64,000 nucleotides of DNA from Lama guanicoe. Taxonomy: Eukaryota. Position 1 is the first letter of the stretch; every line of letters begins with the position of its first letter. Below, piece by piece: positions 51,551 to 64,000 of this stretch. Under the pieces are notes generated by a model. It saw only the letters and a list, made by a program, of their open reading frames with translations, had not been told where the DNA came from and searched no databases. Made by a program: the position numbers and the translations under genes. Where the stretch lies: positions 2,634,123 through 2,698,122 of the forward strand of contig MU053557.1 of the NCBI GenBank assembly GCA_013239625.1, in the 5' to 3' direction.

Positions 51551-51888
51551 GAGGGTTGCAAACTCAAATGCCAGGCAGGTAACTTCCATGAGCAGAGCAG
51601 GCTGGGAGGGGACTGGGGTAGCCTGGAGTTCTCAGACATGATCTACGGGAGGGTAGCCGTCCCCGATTCTAGCTACCTGTGGCCAAGAAGGATCTATGTA
51701 TTCACTGTGGCCAGAGGATCAGAGTTTTCAAGGGAAGATGAAAATACGGATATTTTAAAATTCATCTGATTTTTAAATGGTGGCAACTTATTAAAAAATA
51801 TGTAAATAGTGGGCCAACTCTACACTGGCCAAACAAAAGCCATCCCTGGGTGGAGTTCAGCTCATGGGTCCCCAGTTTCCAATCCCTA
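51551..51888 (-). mobile_element. hAT-Charlie MITE, MER102-like
   Basis: TIRs AGGGTTGCAAACT / AGTTTCCAATCCCT, with internal GGCCAAACAAAA and TTTTCAAGGGAAG. Confidence 0.8.
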
Positions 51889-53254
51889 TATTTTCCTTTC
51901 TTAAAGCTCAAACCTTGACTGGTAAGATAATAAGGTCCTATTTCAACAACACAAAACACCTCTGACCTAACCATTAAATCGTTTTCTTCCTCTAGCCCCC
52001 GTGGTTAAGGAGCAGAGCAGCCGACTCTTTTTCCCACCTCTGCTCTAGGAGGCAGCGTTACAACGGAATAGGCTTCATGGAAGCCTGCTTTCCCAGCTGG
52101 TGTGGGAATTTGTCTCTCTCTTGCCTCCAAGGCTGTTGTGTCAGCATTTCTGGAGTTGCCTCTGACTTTCTCGTGTGGTTCGGCTCCATGCTGGCTTCCT
52201 CTGAGTCCAGCTCTATTTTGTGTTTTGGAAGAGAAAGAAAAAAAAAAGTCCTCTGAACATCTATAAAGTACAGTTCAGCTTCAACTTTGAGAGGCGATGG
52301 TAAATTTCACACTTATCAACTTTTTCTCTTTAGCACACCCTGGTTAAAAACAATCACTGTTTTTCAAAGTCAGGAGGTTGAGTTTGGGCAGCTAAACCTA
52401 CAATCTTTACCTTACGTAATTTGGAAAAGTCCTTTAAAACCTGGTGAAGGGTATTATTGAAACACAGCCCACTGGTTTACCATTAGATCCCCTGCAACCA
52501 CAGAAGCAAATCTCTCTGCTCTAGGGTTTAGACTCAACAAACCACCGTATTCATTCATCCTCCTGAGTTTCTCCCAGAGACCCTAGCATCAGGAAATCAA
52601 TCTCACTGAATGTTGTGTCCCTGGCACCTGGCACAAACATTAATAAGTATCTGTTGAATAAATGAATAAAATGAAAGAAGGGCTCGGATCAGTTGGGACC
52701 GAGATAACATCTATGCTGTGATTTATTCATTCAAATATGTTGGAATGAGCTCAGGTCCCCAAGGAGCATGCTTGAGGAACAAAAGGTAACTGCTGTTCAG
52801 ATCACTGTGAGACTTCTGTTTTGCTGTGTAGGGTGGAATCTGAGGGCATCAGCTGATTTTCTCAGGACAAAGGAGGGGGAAAGAGGATTTCAGAGTGGAT
52901 GTGTAGGTGAAGAGGAGGGAGAAAATACCTGAGACTTGGGGGGCAAATGGGCAAGACATGGGAGAGAGAAAAGAGAAGGTGGTTCGTGTGATGTACCCCT
53001 GCCCACAGTCTCCCCATAAAACTATCAGTAAAAGTCACTATCATCAATGATTTTGGAGTCAAGTAACAGTCTATATTATATTAACAGCATAACTAGCATG
53101 CGTGCTCAACATGGAAAACAAATACTAACACAACAAAGTCCCTTCCTTGGAGGAGCAAACTGTCTGGGGTGAAACAGCCAGAAAAAGCAAATCTTACACT
53201 ACAATATTAGAAACTGCTCAAAGACACTTGCAAAACACCACAGATTTCTGCAAA

Positions 53255-53700
53255 AAGATTTACTGCGCATTTACTGTGTGCCAGGCATGTGCTGGGGCCT
53301 GGCGATGTTGTGGCAGAGGAGACAGTCAAGTCCCCCTGCCCTCAAGGAGAAAAAGGCAATAAATCCAAGGAATGGGACAGTATCAGCGATGGGGGCTTTG
53401 AAGGGAATAAAGATGGGGTGACGTATGACAATGATGGATAGGGTTCAACATTAGAGCAGTGGTTAGCATTTGCCTCTCTGAAGAGTGACAGCCCAGCTGA
53501 GACTGGAAGGACAGGAAGAGGTCACTATATGGAGATCTGTGGATAAAGCTTTCCAGGAGGGAAGAGCTGCATGCAATTGGACCAAGGTGGTACTAGGCAA
53601 GTGATGGGGAGGAGAGTGTAGAAGGCGGTCAGAGAGGCAGGCAGGCAGGGGCCACATCAGGGAGCCAGAGTACATGACAAGATCTGCAAGGGTAATGGAC
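53255..53700 (-). mobile_element. L2 remnant
   Basis: ATTTACTGCGCATTTACTGTGTGCCAGGCA...CCCTGCCCTCAAGGAG...GCTGAGACTGGAAGGACAG. Confidence 0.7.
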
Positions 53701-54844
53701 GGACTCACCAAGACTCAGGGACTTGACTGAAAGACGCAAAGGTAAAATGTAATCACAACACAAGGGCCTTGGCACGCATCGTCCCCGGAGGGGATGTTCC
53801 CAAACACTGGCCCTCCAGGGGGTAGGAAGTAATGTAGTCTAGTTAATTGCCCTTTGGGACTGCTCTGTGTTTGAATGTAAAACTAGGGATTATCCAGCCC
53901 CAGATGCAAATGAAAAGGGCACCGTGGGTCACTGGTTTTCCAGAAGACTCTTCTCACTCGAGGTAGAAGTGAGAATGCCAATTACCCTCATTTCTGTGGA
54001 AGGGGACTGGGAGAGGAGAAACACCCAGAGAATTGTGCTTCCGATTGGCTTGCAAATCATAACAACCACCCCAAAATTAAGAGAACAGAAAAAAAAAAGC
54101 CTCTTTGCTCTTGGGACCTTAAGTGATTAGAAAGAGTTGTTATTTGGCTGATTTTCACACTCCATTAGCATATGCATAATTTAACAAGGGAACATGCTGG
54201 GGGCTGGCACGGTGAGGGCAGCTCTCCATACCCACGGACTAGAAACTGGGGCAGCAGCATTGGGACTGCTTAATTATGCCAGCAAGGCAACAGAGAGCAG
54301 CGTGCAAAGGGGGATGAGCCCAAGATAGAGTCTCAGAATGAGCGCAGAAAGATACCTGATGTCTCCTTTCACCCAAGTGCACACCTGCACTGAGCCTTGC
54401 CTGAATATTCCTCCCAAGGATAAAGTCACCTGTGGTAATCCTCACACTCCCCACACCTTTGATAAGCCAGCCACATTTTCTTCTCCAAAGATATGGCAAT
54501 GCCAATAAGAATAAAGTACTATATACCATGACTGTCCACACTGCATTGTACTTGGCATTGAAGAGAAGGATGTGGAATAGTGTTTTAGACTGAATAAAAT
54601 GGACACAAGGAGAAGGGTCAGCCCTTCAAATTTTAATTCTGAATTTCCTGATTAGAGCCACAAGCCAAGTAGCAAACGACATAGTTCACACTCAAAGCTT
54701 TAAATTTAGTGAACTTTTAGGTTCTCTTTTCCTCCACTCAAAAAAGTCTTCTTTACACCCCAAAGGAAGATGAAACAGAAGAGAAGTCTGCCTGCAATGG
54801 GAGGACTCAACTATGCCTGCTCACCTGTCTTTTCGGACTTGTTT

Positions 54845-55482
54845 TGAGACAGAAGGGAAGGAGACAGGGTATAATCATTAACAGCATGACACAGCTGTTA
54901 CGATTGGACATAAACTGGTTAGAACCAACTAGCCCCAAGACGGTGGAAGCTAGGACTTCCAGTAGACCTTCAGCCTCATTATCCACTCATTGTAATACAT
55001 TAGCATGCTAAATGACACCCCCCCAGGTTCCATGACTGTTCCAAGGCTGGCCGTAAAAGGCCAAAAAGTGGGCAGTGGCTCAATTCCTGGAAATCCCTGC
55101 CCCTTCCTTAAAAATAGTTGGAATAATCCTCCCACTTGTTAGCATATGAAATGATCAAAACCATAAAAACTAACCACCCTTGTACCCTGGGGCCACTCAC
55201 CTTTTGAGATGGCCAGCATTCTGTCTGTGAAATGTGTACCTCCCAGGCTGTTCTCACTTTCCAATTATGACCCATCTCCTCTCTTGCCTTCTGAGACTGA
55301 CAGCCTACACTCTGTCTATGGAATGTGAATCTCCCTGAATAAATCTACTTTCACTCTACTTTGGCTCACTCTTGAATTCTTTCCTGTGTGAAGCCAAGGA
55401 TCCTCACTTGGCAGGGTGTGTCCCAGGGACTCGCCCAAGACCTGGGACACAATCACGTCTCAGGCCCCATTTTCCCGCAACA
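54845..55482 (+). mobile_element. ERV1 solo LTR, MER41-like (638 bp)
   Basis: TGAGACAG...CCCGCAACA termini and a perfect 4-bp TSD GTTT (54841-54844 and 55483-55486). Contains the MER41-type blocks CATTAGCATGCTAAATGACAC and AATAAATCTACTTTCACTCTAC...TGAATTCTTTCCTG. Confidence 0.88.
55084..55092. promoter_or_regulatory. GAS (STAT) motif TTCCTGGAA inside the MER41-like LTR
   Basis: Exact TTCN3GAA match at the position corresponding to the MER41 tandem GAS sites. The second site (TTCCTTAAA, ~55104-55112) is degenerate. Confidence 0.55.
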
Positions 55483-56139
55483 GTTTCTCTGCTTGTGCCC
55501 TTTGGAGGGACACATGCATAACTCAAAAACTGCTAAGTGGAATCATATGGGTGTTTATAAAAAGAAGTGGCAAGGAATTTTACAATTTTCATACCATAAC
55601 TCACCTTGTCACCACATTTAATGTCATATAAAGTTGTGTCAATATCATATTGATACATTTTGGTCCATTGGTCTGAGATGACTTTCAGTTCTTTTTCTGC
55701 TTCTGGTACCTCCTCAGCATCATTTCCCCTTTCTTCTGTTAAGAAAATTCTAATTTTCTTTTCTCTCAGTCTAATCTGCTGTGTCTGTTGGTGCAAGTAT
55801 CTTTAAGGCCTGAGCTAACTGGCATACTCCCCCTTGTGATAGTGACTGGTTCAGGCATAAAAAAAATAATCCAACTTGGACCAATGAGAGTTAAGTCCAG
55901 ACCTTTGTTGCTACACTGAGAAGATTCCAACAAATTACTTTCACTTCCCTTCACACCAGCTCCTCAGAGCTCTCCAAACATGTCACACATTTTCATACCT
56001 CTGTGCTTCTGCAGACGCTGTTCCCCTTCTTGAATGAATGAGGAAATCCATCAGTTCTCCCATATGTTTTTTTGGCTTGAATTCTTCCAAACCTTATGCT
56101 ATCATATTTAACTTAATAAGCATGTACTCATTACTATTA

Positions 56140-56643
56140 TACCAGACCACTGGCTGTTTCCACAACAAGCATTCTTCCCTTCTTATGACAACAATCAATC
56201 CGCTGACTTTTTCCTCTCTCATCTTCAAGCAGAATCCAGGCAGTGCTGATTTCTCCCTCAACATCAGAGTTAGGCTCTACTTGGCTTATGTCCATTAGGT
56301 ATTCCATCTTACCGAGTACAGGGAATAGATTTAGGGATGGGCACAGAATCCAAATAGACCTAATGAGATATTAGGAAATATTTCCTTAAAATTTAAGGAG
56401 ATGTGAAGCTCTGAACTATGGCAGCCAATTTTCTGCCACACAGAGTCTCGAACAGCTGCTGGGCCTATAAAGAAAGCAGAGCAGAGAGATTTTCAACAGG
56501 GAGACATAGCTAAGCTCTGGATCAAGCTTTACCTGAAGCTAGTATTTTTTGAACTTTTAATTTGTGTGTGCCAAAATTTTGATTAAGTACAATTTTAGTA
56601 GAATTTTTTCAGCCCTTTAGTCAAAAGACTCCTGACCAATACA
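56140..56643 (+). mobile_element. Old MaLR LTR, MLT1K/L-like
   Basis: TTTAGGGATGGGCACAGAATCCAAATAGACCTAATGAGA, CTGGATCAAGCTTTACCTGAAGC and the terminal AAAGACTCCTGACCAATACA. Confidence 0.65.
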
Positions 56644-56729
56644 GTGACCAAAAATGTCAAACAGTTCAAATGCCAAGACAAAAACCTGTGCAAAATTATA
56701 AACTACATTTTAAGTCAACACCAATGCAT

Positions 56730-57760
56730 TGTTCACGCATTCATCCACTCAAGGAATACTGAATACTCACTATATGCCAGGTACTATTCTAGGACATTTG
56801 GGAGTACAGCAATGAACAAAACAAACACATTTTTTTGGAGCATAGATTTTAGTGGAGGGAGATATATAAGAAACAATTAAATGATAAAGTATATAGTATA
56901 TTAGAAAATGGCTATAAGAAAATAATAGACTAAGTTAAGGCAGGTGAGAAAACCCAAAGGTACAAGGGGACTTCAACTTCAAACAGGTAGTCAATATAGG
57001 CTTCACTAAAAAAACACTGGAACAGAGACCTGAAGGAAGTGAGGAAATTGGCTATGCAGGTATCTGGGAGAAAAGCAGTGCAGGTAGAAGAAACAGCAGG
57101 AGCTGGGGCCCTAAGGACTGGTGAGTTCCAGCGGCAGGAGTGAAGTCAGAGAGGAAACTGAAAGGCCACCATAAGGAGACAGGGAGTCATTGTAAGATTT
57201 TGAACAGAGGGGTGACATGAGCTGACCGGAATTCTTATAGCAATCAGTCTGGCTACCATATGGAGAATAGATTTGGGGGTCAGCGGCAAGAATGGAAGCA
57301 AGGGGCTGTTGCAACAAGGCTGGCTGGATAGTGGCTTGGATCAGTAGGGGAGCAGTGGAAGAGGTGAAAAGAGATTGGATCTGGGTAGATTTGAAAAATT
57401 AAGCCAGTAGGGTTTCCTGATATGTTATATGTAGAGTGTGAGTTAAGGAGGTCTCCAAGGTTTTTGGCCTGAGGAACCAGAAGGCTGAAGCGACCACCAA
57501 CTGAGAAAGCTGCAGGTAGAAGACGGTCTGTTTAGAAGACGACCAGGAGTTCCCACTTTGAAAATATGAAGCCTGAGATGCTTTACTGAACATCCAAGTA
57601 GAGGTCTGAAGAAGAAACTGGACATACAAATCCAGAGTTCAGGAGAGAAGACTAGACTGAAGATATGAATTTGGGAGTTATCAGTATACAGATAGTGTTT
57701 CAAACCACAAAATGGGACGAAATAATGAAGACCATTATAGACAAGAAGAGTGGATCGAAG
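56730..57760 (-). mobile_element. L2 LINE remnant
   Basis: CATTCATCCACTC...CTATATGCCAGGTACTATTCTAGG, GAACAGAGACCTGAAGGAAGTGAGG, CTCCAAGGTTTTTGGCCTGAG and GAATTTGGGAGTTATCAG. Confidence 0.85.
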
Positions 57761-59409
57761 GACTTAATTCATTTAATCAACTCATTTAGTCCCCACAGTG
57801 ACCTTATGATCTCTCAATATTATTGCTATCCTCATTTTACAGTTGAGGAAATCAAAGTTTAGTGAAGTCAAGAGCACACAGCAACTTGGACAGCAACACT
57901 CATGTCAATTGTGTATAAACATATCCCCTTGCCGAGCTGAGACTCAAACCAGGCAGTCTGTGCTCCTAACTAATATTCAATATTGCCACTTGTTTCCAAG
58001 TGGAATTATCTGACTGACTGATAGATGTTTAGGATTAGTGATGAAGAGACTATACAGGATCTAAGAATGGCCATGTGAGTAAAGGAACTCAGTTTCCTGC
58101 CTCCAGAGCTAGACTGGGCTGCAAACACAATGCCAAGACAAAGGTAAGAGCTGAAGTTACTGTATTCAAACACAGGAAGATCAGTTTGCTCAGGGGTCCC
58201 CATACTTAGTCAGTATGAGTCAACTTCACTTGGGGATCCTGCTAAGAGATACAGGTTTCAGATGAACAATCTAGACATGGATTCAGTAGATACTGAATGG
58301 AGCTTGGGAATTTCATTTTGACACATATCTCAGGAAATTCCCAACACCTTTTTGAGAAACACTGTTATAGGAAATCTACCAATAGGTCTCCACCCCAAAA
58401 GACCAAAAGAATTGGACTTTACTTCATCTAAGCTTCACAAATAGAACTAGAGCAGAAGGAAGACACTTGTACACAGGTAATGACTACAGCTTAGCTTGGA
58501 AAAATAGTCGGATACTCTTCCTAAAGATTGTTAGTCTTCTTTTGTTAACTGGCAATCAATTTCTCATTTGAACTAAGATTGATCTTATTACTTATTTATT
58601 CATATTAGTAATAAAATTAGTGCTTGAACTTTGCACAGAAGAAAATGGTGGGTCTTGACTACTCATTCATTGAAAAGACAAGATAACCCGAGAAATCTGT
58701 CTTGCATTTGTCAATAGAGACCCAAGCTTAGTTGGATACCTTCAACCAATGACAGCTGCAATCAAAGTGTAATAGCAGTTAACTTAAGCAAATAAGTAAC
58801 TCTCCTTTAGCTAAAAACTGCCAAAGCAGAGCTACAAGTGGGTTGGTGTGAATGTCCACTTCCTTTTTGGTTCTGATCAAATAAGCAAGTACAGAGCTTC
58901 TCAGAAATGCAGAAGACTCCAGCAATTCAGCAGTTGAGTAACCCCAGAAAACCATGAGGAAAATAGCTAATATTTATTCCCAATCTGTTAGAATCTAAAG
59001 GTAATTGCACAAATGATCTCCTCCAACACCAAATGCCATTGCCAAATGTTTGCACATTGTATTGCTTTCTGTTTCTATTTAGGGTTTTGAAAACAGTCCT
59101 TACAAATTACCTCTATTTTAGGGATGTGAATAATCACCATATTAATATAGTGGAGTTTAATTTTCATTTCAGAATTTTTTCAGAACCACTGACTCATCCA
59201 ATTTATTGGTTTCATTGGGAGGCTACCAAATGGATTTGGACTAATTTCTAAAGCAGGAAAACCAAGACAACAGTGATTTCTGCCTCTATCTCTCCCACAT
59301 TTTTGTAGAAGTGAAAATATGGGGGCAAAAAGAATAATTTCTCATTCCTACACAAACAACCATCAATCAATAATCCATTCTTTTAACCATGTTGTAGTAA
59401 ACATTTAGA

Positions 59410-59605
59410 TAGCAGTGTAGTGGCGTGATGAAGATCACGGACTCTTAGTTCCCTGGTCATGAGTATTACCGGTTTCTTCATCTATAAATAGGGCTAGGGA
59501 AAGTATCCACTTCACAAGGACTGTTAGGAAGATGAGATGGGATGACACACGTACAATTGCTAACATAGTGTCTGGCATACAGTAGATGCACTGCCATTGT
59601 TAGTG
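59410..59605 (+). mobile_element. MIR SINE
   Basis: GCAGTGTAGTGGCGTG...GTTTCTTCATCTATAAATAGGG...ACATAGTGTCTGGCATACAGTAGATGC. Confidence 0.7.
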
Positions 59606-62600
59606 ATTGCCATTTTTATCTATGCACACACTCATCTAGGTACAAACACGCACACAGGCAATCGCTGTTTTTTACCGCTGTGCATTTCACTATTGCACTC
59701 AGCTGCCCAGTTACTGCCTAATAAGCATCTCTGCTTCACTTCTTCTACTGTAGCCATTCATCCAGTGGTTTTTACTGCTGACTCAAATGGTGGTACACCA
59801 ATGGATGCTAACACCCACATAAGAATGGCACTGTAATGATCTGCCATCTGAAGAGAATTTCAGCAATGCAGTGGCATCATCTTATTAAATTGAGAAATGA
59901 AAAAACAAAACAAAAACAAAAGGCATCTTCTTGACGGGTCCACATGCGCTGGTGAAGTGGGTGCATTTGGTGATCTGCTTCCATACTTCCAAGTCCATAT
60001 ATATAAGTGTCCCACAGCCAAGTCACTATAGAAGAGCCATCATAAAGGATGGAGTGAGCAGAACTTGAAATTACCCATTCGCTTTCACCATGGGCAATGC
60101 AATTTTTATGTAGGAATAGGGTTAGATGATTAAGAGACAAAAAGCCACTTCCCTGGCATCTGACTGCTCTGGTAGCTGCAAATGGCAGACCACTCTTTTT
60201 CTTCTCATTTACATTAATGGAGTGCCTACCATGTGCCATACACTGTGTCAAGTACCTTGGGGGAAACAGGAAAAGAAGACAAGATTCCTGAAGTCAAGGC
60301 AATGATAACCCACGAAAGACACTATTTCTCCCATAAATGCCTAGCACAGGACCTGGCCCATAACTGATGCTTAATAAAGACTTGCCAAGTGAATGAACAA
60401 ATAGACAATGTGGGTGGTCTCATCTATGAGCAGAGGGTAGAAAATGAAACTAATCAGGCTAAATATTAGGAAGGCCCTCTTGGTGGCTACCATTGCCAAA
60501 AGGCATTCTTGGACTAAACCTGGCCAGAAAGCCCAAGCTTTTATTCAGACCCTGGGATGTTGGTGAGTACCTACACCTGGTGCTTACTGCCACTGCTCAG
60601 GGTCCACTCTGGTCTTCCGTAGTGGAGATAGTGACTTGATCCAGTACCACTGGCAATGGGAAGTATCAGTTTGAACTCACCAGTTGGTGTCCCCATCCCA
60701 CGGGGACGCTACCTTTCAAGCTAGAAGTGGAAAATGAGCTCAATTCTTCTGAAAATTTGGGGAGTTAATGCTTTGTTAGCTCTTGACATCCCTGCTGTGT
60801 TCTGACAGCATGCGGATGAGCCACCATGATCCATGCAAAAACAAGCACTGTTCCAATGCAATCAATAGAATAAATGGCGCTCATATACATCCCACAGGCT
60901 GTTATTTGTAACGTGAATACAATCATGCTTTAAAGGCTTTCAAGGCGCTCAAGAACCTGAAGATGCACCATCTGTGGATTCTCATCATCATATAAAGCAA
61001 ATAATTGCTTTTTAAAAAATCCATGCCACTATTGCTAATTTCTTCATTTCCACAGGCTCCCCCACTAACGACCTCTGGGTGTTTACACAGTTTATTTAAT
61101 TATGCAGTGGTTTTGTGTGTACTGAGCATCATACAGGGGTTCCGTGCATACTGAACTCACCATCCTGATTTTCAAAACCAGCTCTCTGGCTTTGTTTCTT
61201 TTCTCTATTTTTAGCAGTAGGACAATAACACTCGTCTTTCTGGCCTCTGGAGGGATTAATGTTCCTAAGAGCTGTAAAGCTGAAAGACGCTGCCTCCATG
61301 CTGAGTATGATAAAACAAGATATATTTTAACCGCGTGCTTCAAGAGACCTATCTGCTGGGCATCTCCTGTTCCCAGGCGTGCCTGTCGTCAAAAGGTATT
61401 TATTGAACATGCAGTAACTGTCTTGGAAGCTCCAAATTAACGGGGATACCCGAGAACCTAATTTTAACACATTATCCCCCTCTTTGTTATCCGTATTTGT
61501 TTGTTTCAAAGCCTGACACTTTAATTGGTGCTCAGGACGCCGAAGCACAACTGCAATTTTCCTTTTGAAAGCATAGAAAGCTGCTGCCTGCAGATGCCGG
61601 GTTTAGCTCCCAGAGTTCACAGGTTGGCAGGGAGCTATGCAGCCACAAGTGCCAGTAAATGCCATGAATGTGGAAGAAAACTGGGGCTGGTCCCGGGGCA
61701 GGCTGGGAGACGGACAAACAAGCCATTAATCTTCTTTCCGAGTCACCCTTAGTCACCACTCTATCCTAGACAAGCATTTGTCTTATTTTTAGCCTCCTTC
61801 TCAGGAGCCTTCTGTTTTATCCCCCAGTTTCTTCAGGGGCTTGGTGAGTCTGGTTTTGATCCTCTAATTGGCTTTTACCCTCCAATCCTCTTTGATTTCC
61901 CCAGAACGCAAATTGGCCCATTCCTTGCCTATGTTATTCCAACTTTTTCCACCCTGCTGCCTCATTTGGCTACTGTTTTTGATCTTCCCATGAAACTTAG
62001 CCTTCCCTCTCCCCAACATGTCACCAGAGAGATTTGTTGAGACTCTTGGACCCTGGCTTCCATAATGAAGCCTTCTCCAGGGCTAATTTATTTCTCTTAT
62101 CCCCAGCCTCCACATCCTTGGCTTGGATCTTCCCTATAACCCACTTTGTGCTGACTGGTACCCATGAGCCCCTGACTGACTGATCAAGATACACTAGAGG
62201 ATAAGTGTTCACACGCTGCACAACACTGAACAGAGTACTGAGCCAAGGCGTGGGTGCTTAGAAGATATTCTCAAACAAACGAATGCTTTAAATTTTTTCA
62301 GTATTTTAAAAACAAAGTTCCCACTGATGTTAAAATCAACACCTAACTTAACTAACCATGTGTTGGGCCAAAGAACAAAAACAATAAAAAAGTAACAACG
62401 GTGAGTAACTAAGATTTACTTAATACTTACCAAGGTGCCAGCCTAGGTGCTTTGCTGGGGTTTCCTCTTTGAATCTTCTCAACAACTTTCTGACAGAGGC
62501 ATTAAAAGTCCAGACGGGGAATTGTAGCTTTGAGATGTAACTTTCTCTAGGGCAGGCAAGAGTCAGGTCTGTGTCTATGTGACCCCAGAGTCTGCTTTCA

Positions 62601-64000
62601 GCAACTTTATTGCATTGTCTTCTTTTCCCTTGTGGGCCCATTTAGAAAGATCTATTAGGGCTAAAATCAGAGTGATGTTGAGACTTTATAAAAGCTTTGA
62701 CTGATAAGGATAGGTGATGGACACACTGAACCCTCAGAGGTGACTTTTTAATTTCTGTAGGGAATGTCTGCTGATTCCCATTCCATGGCAGGCAGAACAA
62801 AGCCAAGGCTAAAGGAAGTTTACCTACTCCCCAGTTCTTAAGCAGAATGATAATCTCTTTATTCAACAAGGAGGGGACCAAGCTAGGGTGTCATATCAAA
62901 TCTAACAGTCATTGCCATTACCTGGCAATGACCTTATTTCTCCTGGTCTTCATCCTGGAGGTGGACTGCACCAGGCTAATTTAAATATGAACACAGTAAA
63001 AATTTCAATCCATAGAGAGAGAATATGAGAGATTTGGAGTGGTGTTGGTGGGGAGCTCTACTTACTTTGGGTTAAATGCCAGGACTGCAAGTTTTCAAGG
63101 TCAATAAAAGAAGTGTGAAGCCAATTAGGGTTTTTCACCTTCTGGCTGCTCCAGTGCATGCGTACTGCATACCCGAAACACACAGTTTTGCAAGAAAATA
63201 TGTCTGGGCTGCACTCACTTCGTTACACTGTGGAATGGCACGGTGCCAACCTCGCTTGGGAAAACACATGTCCACTTTTCAGTCTTGGGTTAAAAGTGCT
63301 GTAACCCAAAAGAACAGAGGGGAACAAAAGAGATTCAGCAAGAATGGGAATGAAGCATGAATCACAGATAGAGGAGATTATCATCAAAAGCTTAAAAAAA
63401 AAAAATCTGCCACAGCTATATTGCTCTCTGCTAATGACTGTGACTGTCATTTCTGCATATTTTAACAGATGCTCTGTTTATAAAACTGCAAACGGGTTTA
63501 GGGGTTACAAATAAAGCCAGGAGGCCCTGGAGATGTTTCTTTGTATGATTAACTGACCACAGGCCATTTGTTTTACAACAAAGATGCTCAATGATCCATA
63601 GTCCATGATTTATACCAGCCCATGTATACTAATGGCTGATGTCTCCATGGTACTTCTCATTAGCATCTGAAGGGGGATTGGAGGAAAACAGATTATGGCA
63701 ATAGCTCCCCATTGCTCGACATGATAGTTCATTAGTGGGTGTGGAATCGATCCGAAAGAAAACTAAGATAATCGGAAGATGAAATCTGAATTATAAATTG
63801 TAACAGTTAAGGAATCCAGTTCAAGGATGAAAGGAAGACTATGGCTTTTCATAACCCTAGCTGTATGCATCTTGGTAAGCTGGGAATGAGAGGAGGTTTT
63901 GCATCTTTCAAGTAAAAGACAAATCCCATGAAAATTCCAATAATAATAATAACAGACATAATAATAGTGCTGACTTGTCTCGACAACTTCACTATGCATC

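Noticed and set aside
55620..55770. Processed pseudogene or CR1/L3 fragment (EKELKVISDQWTKMYQYD on the minus strand)
   Set aside because: Only a faint resemblance to the CR1 EKDLGV motif, with no tail, TSD or extended homology. The same applies to GAGAGGGACCTGGGG at ~5704.
1..64000. Prokaryotic-type systems (CRISPR arrays, operons, defence islands)
   Set aside because: The sequence is mammalian repeat-rich non-coding DNA, with no regularly spaced repeat-spacer array or gene-dense region.

Overview
This is non-coding mammalian genomic DNA: AT-rich, CpG-depleted and dense in old MIR, L2, MaLR, hAT and L1M repeats. A tRNA-Ala-derived SINE and young L1 3' ends point to a camelid; this is an inference from recalled repeat consensus sequences. 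I can support no intact protein-coding gene, and the ORF track is chance or repeat-derived. The dominant feature is a decayed ~8.8-kb class I (gamma-like, MER4-group-like) endogenous provirus at 23555-32319. It has two LTRs, a Leu-type PBS and gag, integrase-end and env remnants, but essentially no PR/RT. Inside it are an inverted self-duplication, three young L1 3' fragments (two form an inverted pair with strongly one-directional substitutions) and a (CA)n repeat. Elsewhere there is a MER41-like solo LTR with a perfect TSD and an intact GAS motif, a 27-bp exact templated insertion, a composite L1, and several repeat-free, motif-dense candidate enhancers. I found no convincing new biological system; the interesting signals are transposon-evolution and regulatory candidates. 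Repeat family names come from recalled consensus sequences, and boundaries are approximate unless TSDs are given.
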